Part shown: positions 25,766 to 37,477 of the stretch, piece after piece
Numbering within the stretch: position 1 is the stretch's first letter
Layout of the letters: every line of letters begins with the position of its first letter
Assembly (NCBI RefSeq): GCF_006345805.1
Contig: NW_021833092.1
Coordinates: 1-58,487, forward strand
Length of the DNA stretch: 58,487 nt
Direction of reading: 5' to 3'
DNA from: Octopus sinensis
Lineage: Eukaryota
Position numbers and translations under genes: made by a program
Notes under the pieces: model-generated
The model's input: only the letters and a program-made list of their open reading frames with translations
Database searches by the model: none
Told to the model about the DNA's origin: nothing

Positions 25766-27007
25766 AAGGGAATGAATGAAGGGGGGGGCTGTAACAATCG
25801 CTTTGTTCGCTTGTTGTTTCATACCATTGCAATACAACACTGAACAGAAGTTTGGTAATTAATGCAAGGGGTGGGGGTGGGGAAAAACAAACAAACAAAC
25901 AAACATACATACATAACGCTATAAACTGCTTATAGATTATTAAAGTTTATGCGTGTTTATGTTTCTGGCTTTGTTCTAAAACAATTCTGGGGTTATAACA
26001 TTATAACACCTCGAGCTATTATGCTATCTAAATAAAGAGAAGATACGTGGTTCCGACAGTTCTTCAGCTGTATAGGATTCATCTATATCAGAATCGCTAT
26101 TCTTCAGTTACCAGACTTACATCTTCTCTCTTTTGAGGTTTATGCATCAAAAACTTATTTTAGCGATAGGCTAGAAATAAGCGTACATAAAATATATAAA
26201 CTCGCACTTATAAGAGCCCGTGTCTTTTATCTTCTCCCTTGTTTCAGCCGTTAGGCTGCGGCCATCATGAAGCACCACAATGACGGGGTTTGTCAAACGA
26301 ATTGGCTCCAGTAACTATCTTTTAAGTATGGTACTTATTCTATCGGAGTCTTTTGCCGAACCGCTAATGTTACAAGGACGCAAAATGAACTTGCACGGGT
26401 TGTCAAGCGGAGGAGGGGCAACCACAAAACACATACAAAAGATACGTATGTGTGGTGAATGTAAGGAATATACTATAGACTGAATTTGCAGACTGAATAA
26501 GAAAATAAGTCCAATATCACCACACACACCTCCAACCCAAAATAACTACCATCCCTCTCTTTCTTTCTATCACCTTCCCCTCTTCCCCACCAAATACACA
26601 CAGAAATACCCACATAACTCAATCAACCTTTTCACTGGTCAAAAGGATAAGCAACTCTCAGTTAAACATCCATTAATATTATATCGCCTGATGAAATGAA
26701 TCCATGAAAATGATCTACCTGATGCCCACGGATATTACGGACTACACAGTAATCATCCCAGGAATACGGACTGTGATCTGAAGACATGTAACTTATGGAA
26801 ACGCGTGTAGCAATGCATTAAGATATTTATAAATTCTATCCAAGGATTATTATTATCATTAATATATATATGAGAAGTATTGGTATCTAGAAGACCCAAA
26901 GAGTGCCAGGTAACGATAAGTAAGAGCTATGGACATACTGTAGTTTAACGCTTTGTTCGATAGTGATACGAGTGAGGAGTCTAGTGTGGGTCTTGTATTA
27001 GCATGCA

Positions 27008-27044
<37 letters not shown>

Positions 27045-27049
<5 letters not shown>

Positions 27050-27150
27050 TCTGGGAAACAGCTGTAAGACTATATTTATATCTTTTTCCTTATGAATGTC
27101 CTCAAAACGACTTACAGCCTTAGCTTTGTTATTTCACTTGTAATTTCATT
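27045..27150 (+). mobile_element. Penelope-like terminal fragment between (TA)n runs, with 3' half of a hammerhead (GAAA-cagctg-TA)
   Basis: gaaacagctgtaagac has the palindromic stem III and GUA site of minimal PLE hammerheads, but the CUGANGA/stem II half is missing. Family assignment is inference. Confidence 0.4.
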
Positions 27151-27167
27151 TTGTCTAATATATATAT

Positions 27168-27203
<36 letters not shown>

Positions 27204-27231
27204 CTTTATTTAAAGCAGCAGAAAATTCAAC

Positions 27232-27278
27232 AAAACCTGTTACTCTGAGTTTCCCGTTGCCGTTCATCGGACAGTTTT
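27232..27278 (-). ncRNA. Minimal type-I hammerhead ribozyme-like motif (U4C core) in a PLE-like fragment (27200-27345)
   Basis: Reverse complement: aaaa-ctgt CCGATGA acg-gcaa-cgg GAAA ctcagag TA acag-g-tttt. Stem I 4+4 bp, GNRA-capped stem II, near-palindromic stem III, GUA site. Confidence 0.7.
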
Positions 27279-27342
27279 TGCTCTACCACTGGTATTTGAG
27301 TACTCTTTTTTCCACCTTTTTTCACATTTATGTGTTTACTCC

Positions 27343-27433
<91 letters not shown>

Positions 27434-27828
27434 CGTACATCTCTAAATGCAAACCATACATATACACATTTGTATAATACCGACGAAAGAAAAGAGGATT
27501 TAATACGTTGTATAGAGTGTGCATTTATATGTTCACAGTATATCGTTCACACATATGAACAATCAGTTTTATGAATGAATTCAAGAGGTGTTATATGTTG
27601 ACTATCAATTAAGGTCTTTATAACAGTATGTTTGTACGCTGTCGCTTGCCGGATGATTAAAGGGATAACTCAGTTCAGGATGAAATCTCAGCACAAGTGT
27701 GACTGATTAATGCAGCTGATACCCTGCTGTGTTTTGCATGTGTCCTCAAAGATATTCTATGTAAAGACAATACCATATGACAGTGTTGGCTAAAATAAAA
27801 GGAAATACTTTATCACAGATAACAGAGG

Positions 27829-27889
<61 letters not shown>

Positions 27890-28574
27890 ATGTATATGTG
27901 CGTGTGTATGTAAATATACGTATTTGTATGCATACATACGTCTGTCTATTTGTCTATCTATCTTTCTATATAACATAATATATATATAAATATAAACACA
28001 TGTATTTATATTTACATATACAGGATGAATTAATCCATATGCTCTGTGATACACTAGAGTGTGGTTAAATCAGTTGTTTAGCCATTAAACACCACCGTTC
28101 CGGAACAGTAGTTTCAAACAACCGACACACACAATTTTATAGTCGACAGATGATGGATTTTAATTAAACTACAGACACAACAATAACAATTGTAACAACC
28201 ACAAGAACGACAATTACAGAAGATACAGCTACAACAATAAAGACAATAGGAACAATAGCTACAGCTATAATTGTAATGGCGCTAATAATAACAATAGTAA
28301 AATTCACCACCACCACCACCACCTTGTTCAGCGCCTGTATGAGCTGTAAATAATAGTAATAACAAAAATAATAGCTGATATGGCTACAACAAAAGAACGG
28401 TGACATGAATGTGTAAGAATAACAATAACGACACGAACAACAATAACAGTACAAACAGCGACACCTCCCTTCCGGAACACTAACACCACTACCAATAATA
28501 ACAACGATGGCAAAATATAGTAATTAACATCTGCATCTGAAACAACAACAAAAACAACAACAACAATAATAATA

Positions 28575-28788
28575 ATCCTTTCTGCAATATGCACATGGCC
28601 TGAAATTTCTTGGGAAAGAGACTAGTCGATTTCATCGACCCCAGTGCGTAACTGGTACTTTATTTATCGACCCCGAAAGAATGAAAGGCAAAGTTGACTT
28701 CGGCGGAATTCGAACTCAGGACGTAAAGACGGATGAAATGCTGCTAAGCTTTTCACCCGGCGTGCAAACGATTCTGCCAGCTCGCCGC
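28575..28788 (-). mobile_element. Group A2 SINE
   Basis: Full head/core/tail on the minus strand, with (AAT)/(AAC) at the tail side. Confidence 0.88.
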
Positions 28789-29370
28789 ATAAAGCTTGAA
28801 CGCCCCTTCTAGACGGAAACTCCAAAAATTAAACCAGGATTACAGGAATCCTGTATCTTAGGGTGGAGATCCTGTCAGGAGCAAAAAGTACTGGTGGTTG
28901 AGTAACCTAAAATTCATTAACTCTCATCGTGAGTGCTGAAATGTCTAGTAAAATTAGAAATGAGAACGGCTGGAAAAACATTGTGAATGTCTCTCATCCA
29001 GCGGGTGCCCCACGAGTGAGCAGCATGTGCCCAGTCGTCATCAAACAATTGTTAAAAGAAGATGGACGAAAGAAATGAATGTGGTTGTAATGGAGTGCTA
29101 CTTTCTGGGTAATCCGAGAAATGAATTGGAACATTAGGAGCAGTTTCGAAGGGCTTTGAAAAACATATTAAGAATATTGGAGCTGCTGTCAGACACGCGG
29201 TGATCCAGAAGACAGCATTGTTGGGTATAGCTCGCATTCTAAGGAGAATATTGTCTCTTTGAGTTACAGGAAAAGGCACTACTTGAAACCATTGGAGATT
29301 TCTTATAACCTGCTTTCAAGTATAGAATAACCGGTAATTGAGAACTATCCGAGAGTCTTTGAGAATAAAT
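28789..29370 (+). mobile_element. Internally deleted R4/Dong-clade element: 5' UTR + ORF N-terminus fused to ORF C-terminus + 3' UTR
   Basis: N-terminal EQHVPSRHQTIVKRRWTKEMNVVVMECYFLGNP (RRW at 29057-29065) is joined within ~10 nt to IGTLGAVSKGFEKHIKNIGAAVRHAVIQKTALLGIARILRRILSL* (29125-29262); the element ends in (ATA)n. Confidence 0.8.
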
Positions 29371-29383
29371 ATAATAATAATAA

Positions 29384-29600
29384 TCCTTTCTACTATAGGC
29401 ACAATGCCTGGATTTTGTGAGGAGGGTGGGGCAGTTAATCAAATCAACTCCAGTACTCAACTGGTACTTAATTTATCGACCCCGAATGGATGAAAAGCAA
29501 AGTCGACCTCGGCGGAATTTGAACACAGAACATAGCGGCAGACGAAATGCCGCTAAGCATTTCGCCCGGCGTGCTAACGATTCTGCCAGCTCACCGCCTT
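29384..29600 (-). mobile_element. Group A2 SINE, followed by (AAT)n and a further A2 tail fragment (about 29650-29695)
   Basis: Consensus-like head, core and tail. Confidence 0.88.
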
Positions 29601-29615
29601 ACAATAATAATAATA

Positions 29616-29652
<37 letters not shown>

Positions 29653-30370
29653 CCTTTCTACTAAAATTTGGGGAGAGGAAAATAATCGATTACATATTCA
29701 AGTTTGTCGTAGGGTTAAAAAACAACAGTAAGAACAAAAACAACAACAGCAATAGACAGGCATGTAACAAAGCAGCGTCTATATGATCACTCACAATTTG
29801 CTAGATATAGCAACCAAATCTCTATCAAATCACACCCAATTTCTCAAAAGATGTGTACATTGGGTAGTGTAGTACTGGATATATTGTGTCCGAGAAAAAA
29901 AATAACCTGGGGTGGTTCTAGTTGGACCATTTTAATCAGTCTGATCAAATAAGACTGACTCGGGTGAGCTAACAAGTAGCAACGTGGGATTTTATACTAG
30001 GTCACTTGACCTACTAGAAGTAGCGGCCAATTCTTTCTCAAATCATAGAGACATTATTGCTTAAAGATTCTAAAAATAGATTACAAGACTACATCTTTTG
30101 AGAATGGCTACTTATTTTAATGACTTCCGGAAGGCTGAAAGGCGAAACCGACCTTGGCAACAATTGAACACACATCATAAATACCGCAAGGCATCTTTCG
30201 ATTAACTAATAAAAATATAATCGATAATAAAAAGCAATCATCCCATCATCTCCTCGCCCCCCCCGTCTCAACATCACCATCACACCAAAGACAGCAACGA
30301 TGACGACGATGACGCCGACGCCGACGACGGCGACATCAACAACAGAAGCAGCAGCAGCAGCAGCGGCAAC

Positions 30371-30417
30371 GACAAAATGGTTACATGAGTCGCTTCCGGT
30401 AATATTAGTCACGTGAC
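30371..30417. promoter_or_regulatory. Cluster of promoter-type motifs (YY1-like, ETS, USF/TFE E-box)
   Basis: caaaatgg, cttccgg (30393-30399) and the palindrome gtcacgtgac (30408-30417) within 47 bp; motif match only. Confidence 0.3.
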
Positions 30418-30541
30418 CGCATCAGCTCAACTCTTCCCTACCTCTTTCCATGTTATCCCATACAGTTATTATGTCTGAAATTTCTCTTGCCAGCTGTCTG
30501 TGTACCTCAGTGTATTTTAGTGTGTGTGTAAATGTGTGTAA

Positions 30542-30577
<36 letters not shown>

Positions 30578-30930
30578 TTGTGGTTAGCTATATTGTACGT
30601 CACATGAACGTGTTTCTGTGTGTGTATGCTTCTAGCTGCCAGCTTGAATTTCTATATATTTGTTTGTAACTACCTACATATATCTGTGCATGAACTCCTG
30701 TATGTCTGTGAGTCAGCCTGTCTGTTTATATTACCCACGATTCTGCTATTGATTCATTATTTCCACGCGGGTGTATCACATGACCTGACATCCACCATTT
30801 CAATATATTTTATTTGACGGACAGATGTCAGTTAGTCATATATACATACGCACGCATTCACGTTCGAATGCACACATTAAAATAGAAGACACACGCACAC
30901 ACAGATGAACACTTGGACAGGGATATTCGT

Positions 30931-30971
<41 letters not shown>

Positions 30972-32806
30972 ACACACACACACACACGCACACACACGCA
31001 AACACACACACATACGCACACATGAGTATGTGAATACAGATGTAGTACAAACACAGTCATGTGCTTTATTTATAGAAATGAGCTCATGTACACAGAAATT
31101 ACACACATACATAAAGACACGTGTGCGCACACACACGTAGACACGAATATATAGACAGCGTTTTACACACAGGTATTCTATTTCCTCACTCTGTCACGTT
31201 ACCACTTTTTTAGCGGCCTTTGTTGCTCCGACCACCATTCAAGCCATCTCTACTCATATGCCTTTTCTTCTTTCGTCACTCATATTCTGTACATCACTCT
31301 TAGACCTTTCCTCGGCCACTACGTTTAGTCATTCGTCCTCATAAAGCCAATCCTCTGTAATTCCTTCTCTGCTCAGTCCATTGATTTTCTCAAAGCCATT
31401 AATTTGTAGTTGTTCACAGAACAATATCAGCTACGGCTCTCTCCCCAGGTATAAGGGGACCTGTGAATGCTATCGAGACTGTTTTTTTTACCCAAAGCAA
31501 GCCATTAAAATCCTCATTTCTAATTTTTGTACAAGACCAACAATGCTGAGAAGAGGGAATGTTGATTACATCAGCTTGACTGGTACTCTATTTTATCGAC
31601 CCTGAAAAGTAAAGTTGACTGCGGTGACATCTGAACGTAAAGTCGAAAGAAATACCGCAAAATATTTTGTTGACTTACATTATATTATCAACCCCGACGG
31701 AAAGAGGAAAAGTAAAGTTGAGCCAGAAGGATTTGAACTCAGAAAATAATGAATTTAATCTAAATACCGCATGGTATTTTCTTAATGTTCTAATAGTTCT
31801 GCTAGTGGTCTTCATTTATAATATAGTAATATTACCCATGAAAGAAAGGCGGCGAGCTGGTAGAATCGTTAGAACGGGTCGATTTAATCGACTTAACCCC
31901 TTCCCCGAAACTGCTGGCCTTGTGCCAAAATTTGAAACCAATATTATCTATGGTGGAAAGGTGTTTTATCCAAGAGAAGATTTATCTCAGATCTGTTTAA
32001 ACTCCACTTCAAATCCCAGTTTCCGAAGCAACCTGAACTTTGGTGGCACATATATATATTTATTTGTTCATATAAATTCGGGATGCGGGAAGACTGGCTG
32101 ATGAAGTTAGCCTACTACCAAACAAAATGTTAGGAGCTGTTATCCTGTCACCGACTTAGGGTTGCATCTCTGTGCAGAATACATAATCTTGAAATAACTA
32201 ACACATAAAATCTGAACTGGCCTGTTTCACTTAACTCCTACCAATAGCAACAGAGTAAGTAAAACCAAACAAGTGACTTTGAAACGAGTTCATATAATCG
32301 TGTATATAGAGTGCGGGTGGTATACCTTGGATGGTCTGTTGGAGTTAGAGAAGAAACAAGCCCACGCGAAGCTGATTCATTCAAGACCACGTTATACGAA
32401 ACCAAACTGTTTATTGGAGATGCTATTCTTAAAAGGTTAACTGACCTGTCATCACAAATCTTTGCAGGTCATTGAATGTCATTATATGCCATTGCAAACC
32501 ATTATAGATGATTATAAATCATTTAAGGTTATTACAAATCTTTGTAAATTTAAGAAAGTGTGAAAAAGTGTTTTATGACAAATTTTTGCAATATCTTTTT
32601 TCTTTGTTGTTGTTTTAGTCTAGTGAAGGTTTAATATAAATGAAGAAAATACTTTTAATGACAAGAGAAAAATTCCATATTCTGTACATAGCCTCAAGAG
32701 GTATAAACCATAGCAACATAACCTCTACAGAAATAAACCCTAACATTATCTTAGAGCACATTAGAAATATCGTCTTATTTTGAATTAATTGCGTGCTTTT
32801 CTTATA

Positions 32807-32991
32807 CGAGGGGCGTTCAATAAGTAATGCCACTGACCCACTTGCAATTGTTTGATCAAGCTGAAATTTTGCATGTGCAATTATTAATATCTCTATAGAT
32901 TAAGCTCTGAACTAATTGTGGTTTTTGATTTACAGGTGTTTGAACTGCTATGGGAAGTGGGTCAGGGGCATTACTTATTGAACGCCCCTCG
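32807..32991. mobile_element. Tc1/mariner MITE (185 bp)
   Basis: 37-bp TIRs cgaggggcgttcaataagtaatgcc(a/c)ctgacccactt with one mismatch; TA TSD at 32805-32806 and 32992-32993. Confidence 0.95.
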
Positions 32992-33312
32992 TATAATTTC
33001 CTAACATAGCTTGTGTCAAATACCGATTGCCAAATACATAAAGGTACACATACATAAAGGTGTCAAGCATAAATTATTGTTGCTACTTAGCTTCCGGTCG
33101 GCATTGATCAATCAAACGTATAATCAAATGCAAGTATGTCATAATCATCCTAACATATTTTTGGGAATATGTGATTCTAGTCTCTACAATTCATCTTCTA
33201 AGAGGGTACGATGTGATTTGATGGAAATTCGATTGATACAATCGAGCAGGTCGAATGATCTCTGTAGACACTTAAATTATGACTGATGTGAATCATAAAA
33301 AAAGTCACTTCT

Positions 33313-33710
33313 GAGTGGCTGTGTAGTAAGTAGTTTGCTTACCAACCACATGGTTCCGGGTTCAGTCCCACTGCGTGGCACCTTGGGCTAGTGTCTTCTA
33401 CTATAGCCTCGGGCCGACCAAAGCCTCGTGAGTGGATTTGGTAGATGGAAACTGAAAGAAGCCCGTCGCATATATGTATGCATGTGTGTATATGTTCGTG
33501 TGCCTGTGTTTGCCCCACCCCAATATCTCTTGACAACCGATGCTGGTACGTTTACGTTCACGTAACTTAGCGGTTCGGCAAAAGAGTTCGATAGAATAAG
33601 TACTAGGCTTACATAGAATAAGTCCTGGGGTCGATTTGCTCGACTAAAGGCGGTGCTCCAGCATGGCCACTCTCAAAATGATTGAAGCAAGTAAAAGAAT
33701 AAAAGAATAA
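33313..33710 (+). mobile_element. tRNA-SINE group B lacking first ~10 nt, short internal microsatellite
   Basis: Aligns with other B copies; shares its upstream flank with the 10486 copy. Confidence 0.9.
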
Positions 33711-33849
33711 ATGAATAGCAAAACAGAATTCTCAAAGCTGTAGATGGTTCCTCCACTAAAAAGCTACGTAAGCTGGGATTAAACAAACTATCGTTAGAGA
33801 AATTAGTTTAACCCTGTCTCGTTTCACACTGTGTCTCTAGATACAGACT

Positions 33850-34690
33850 GTCAAACCCGATCTCTTTTGCAAGACACCGACAAACACCAGTATTTAGATT
33901 TTTGATCTTGTTATCCAGCTCTCATTAGAAGAAATATCCCATTTAATATGGCAAGAAGTTCAATAGTTATGGATCCGATAAAATGAGACGGACGACTGGA
34001 AGAGCTAATTATAATCCGGCAGAAATAAAAATACTGGGAAAACATAGTAAGCCATGTCATAACCAAGGCAAAAAAGAATCCAGTCCCTGACTTGTAGAGA
34101 CACCCTCATTGAGAAAGGGAAGACACAGACGGAATTATTCCATTTGTAGTCATCTATAATTCAAGAAACCATTGTTTCTTACATTCGGCCAAACTAATTC
34201 TGTCAGTCAGTAAATCTCAGAAAAACGATTGAAGGATCACAATTTATCAACAAACGAAGGCAATCACAAAAAAATCTCAGAAGATTCTTAACCACGGCAA
34301 ATCTCATATCGGAAGACGAAATAATGCAGGTAACAAAACGCCGTAACCTACGTTACGGAAGCGTGAAATTATTGAAGAAGGAACAACCAAGCAGATTCAA
34401 GAATGGGAGAGAATCGAAGGTTGATGTAAATTTGAATTACAAACCAGAGAATCTCATTTACTGCATCACATGCCCACAATGCAATGAAAATTATAGCTGC
34501 CAAACGGGATCAAAATGTATCGCATTGAAGTACTTATAAACAGGAAATCAAACATTAATCTCTTAAAAACGTTCCATTTAGTGAACATTTTGACATTCGT
34601 GCGAATGGAACATTCTGAATATTTCCTTTTTTCAAACAGAAGAATCTTAGATCTGAAATTAAACTGGACATAGTCAATACCACTTGAAAT
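33850..34690 (+). mobile_element. Decayed Penelope-like element: RT thumb/linker + GIY-YIG endonuclease
   Basis: TDKHQYLDF*SCYPALIRRNIPFNMARS (from 33876), IPFVVIYNSRN, KRRQSQKNLRRFLTTA, ENLIYCITCPQCNENYSCQTG are typical PLE motifs. A degenerate hammerhead-like ctgaaaa..gaaaagcgctta lies just downstream (34730-34752). Confidence 0.85.
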
Positions 34691-34961
34691 AACCACCTTT
34701 ATTACTTTATCATACGAGCGCTAGGGAAGCTGAAAATAGAGAAAAGCGCTTAACACAGTACAAACACTTCCTTCCATAATGATTGTGTTATTCTGCTTCT
34801 TCATAATGTTTTTAAAGATTATTTTATATAATTAGTAATTCGTAATTTTAAAAAATCTTTCTTCAGATATTGTAACCGTGTCAAGAAATGTTGCTCATGC
34901 GTGCGCGTGTGTGTATGTCTGTGTGTGTGTATGTCTGTGTGTGTGTATGTCTGTGTGTGTA

Positions 34962-35028
<67 letters not shown>

Positions 35029-35324
35029 GTGTATTAAAATGTCTAGAAAAGGGTTAAACTTTATTTAGAATTAGCTAATTAGCTGTAGATGAAAAAGATT
35101 TCATTGAGAGCTCTACTTCCGGTCAAATGACACTTGTTTTCCAACACAAATCCTATGTGAAAATAATATACTTCCGGTGTGACATCGAAATTGGGTTACA
35201 ATGAAAGTCTTATTTTTGTCATGTCAAAAGTTAAAGTAGAACCCTAGTGTATATGAACTCATATTTATGTATACACCCTTTTATATACACATGCATGTAC
35301 ACACATGCATGTACACACATGCAT

Positions 35325-35368
<44 letters not shown>

Positions 35369-36036
35369 ATTTAGATATACAGATGCAAACGCAAATGGGT
35401 AATTAAAAACAAGTAAGTACACATGTATATGTGTGTATACATATGTGTATATATATATATATAAACTTGGAAATGGATGCGTGGCGCTTAATCATATAAT
35501 AATATAATAATATATATATATATATGTATATATGCATATATATATATATATATACATACATGCATACATACATATATGCACACACACATATATATATGTA
35601 TACACACATATAGACAATAGACACACATACATACACAAACACTCACATACGTACATACACGTGTACACATATGTCGTATACTGGCTCTAAGAAAGAGAGA
35701 ACTTAATATAATTGTAAAGTGATAATGTATTTGAAAAATACAATGCCTCATATTGTCCGGCAAATGATGTATATCCAGACAACTGAAGCATTGAACCATT
35801 TAATTATCATAACACACATGCATACACGCGCACACCCCTCTGTACCTTCTACGTTTTACTTGTTTCAGACATTGTACTGTGGCAGTGCCGGGGCAAAAAA
35901 GGGTCGAAGGGTTTAGTCGACTAAATCGATTCCAGAACGTATTTTTTAAAGTTTGGGACTTATCCTATCCATCTCCTTTGCCGAACCGTTAAGTTAGATG
36001 GAGGGAAATGCCCGGCTCTTCTGAAGTAAGGCTGGC

Positions 36037-36290
36037 CTTCAGTGTTAAGTTTTATTGCTTCTGTATTAGCATTTAACCGTCCTGTATTGAGATCTGACTC
36101 TCTGGTGTTAAGGAGCAATTCTTTTGCCAACCTTTTGTGCTTAAGTTAGACTCTTCTGTGTCAACGTTCACAACTTCAGTGTTAAGCTTTGAACATTAAC
36201 AAAGATTTTCTGATACATTTTTAATCCTCTTGTGTTAAGATCCAACTATCTTGTGTTAAAGTCAAACCTTCCTATGTACATTTTTGCTTT
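36037..36290 (-). pseudogene. Relic of a coding heptad repeat (21-nt unit, x[D/N/K]LNT[E/R]x)
   Basis: Nine 21-nt units; on the minus strand one frame per unit gives FDFNTR, LDLNTR, SKLNTE, VNVDTE, SNLSTK, LLLNTR, SDLNTG, LNANTE, IKLNTE. One stop and two frame-breaking spacers. Confidence 0.5.
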
Positions 36291-36849
36291 GTTTTCCTTG
36301 CATCAAGTTACAAGTGTTGTGGAGCGGTTAAAGCTGTTGACACTTCTTACTTACAAAATCTCCTTTATATTCTGTCATAAATTTGTAATAAAACGCGGCT
36401 TTTTGAAATATGACAACCTTTCACTACTAATTCTTTTGACTTATAGGCAAAGGGCCAGCAATTCTAAGACTGAGGGTTATTCTATCACATCGACTCCAGT
36501 TCTTGACTGGCACTTTAGTTTATCGACATCGAAAGATTGAAAAGTAAAGTTGACTTCGCGAGCATTTGAGCACAAGGAGCTAGAAGTAAATACTGCTAAA
36601 GCAGATTAGAGTGCATTACGATGACAATTTAAAAAATGGTGGTGTTTACACAGAATCGATTATGAAAACCAAAATCCATGAAAAAGGAAAGCACTGAAAA
36701 AATAAAAAAAAACAGGAACCCACTAACTGGAGCCTATCAAAGAAACCCACAAATCCAAGATTATCAGTGAGAGTTATGGTATATGGGCTGGATTACAACA
36801 CAACTAGATTTTTTAAGTTGTATTGAGACCTTAACACAAGAAAACTCTT

Positions 36850-37120
36850 TTAAAAATGCAAAATCTAAACCAGTGAGTCTGATATCCAGTTACTATACAT
36901 CCTATGAAAAGAAGGTCGGAATAGACTGAATGTTAGCAAACTTTAAAATGACAGTTATCAATACCTCCCAATATATCTCTAACTCACAAAAAGGCTTGCT
37001 AGATACTTGTTGACTGTGATCACATGAAAATGATTGACTGGATTGTCGCAGTATTAAAAGCATTTCTCCATACATTGGATTGGCTTGCGAACAACTAAAA
37101 CCCTATGTTAAGACAGCAGC
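36850..37120 (+). mobile_element. Highly decayed CR1/L2-type RT fragment
   Basis: KSKPVSLIS (cf. YRPVSLTS), SNSQKGL (cf. SQHGF) and a downstream KAF-like aaagcattt occur in the expected order; many stops. Confidence 0.4.
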
Positions 37121-37442
37121 AAAAGAAAATTTACTTATACCACAAGAGTTCCTTATTGTGAACAAGAATGAAGTCATAACTTTACATAGCTAACACTCTG
37201 TAAAATGAAAGCTCTAAATATAAATACAAAAACGAATTCTGAATGAGACCGCAGAAACACCAACATTCAAAGTACAAGAGCAGATATTTTGGGAAGAATA
37301 TGTACAGTTCCTGCAATATATGAGGCATATGTTAAGGACATTTCTGAAACAATGTGTTACACAGGTTGTATATCAGTATGTGCAATACTAGACACCACTA
37401 AATATGCTTGCATATATATATGTGTATCTTTCCTTTTCCTAT

Positions 37443-37477
37443 GTTTCTAACGAAGAGCTCCGCTCGAAACGTTAAAC
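37443..37477 (+). ncRNA. Minimal type-I hammerhead ribozyme-like motif (G5A-mutated core) in a PLE-like terminal fragment (about 37420-37590)
   Basis: gttt CTAACGA a gagc-tcc-gctc GAAA cg T T aaac. Stem I gttt/aaac, stem II 4 bp, palindromic stem III acgt; the fragment ends in (TA)n. Confidence 0.7.

Noticed and set aside
27340-27432. Irregular aa/tt interruptions within long (TA)n runs as a pattern
   Set aside because: Self-complementary AT repeats are prone to slippage and to sequencing or assembly error; not interpretable without reads.
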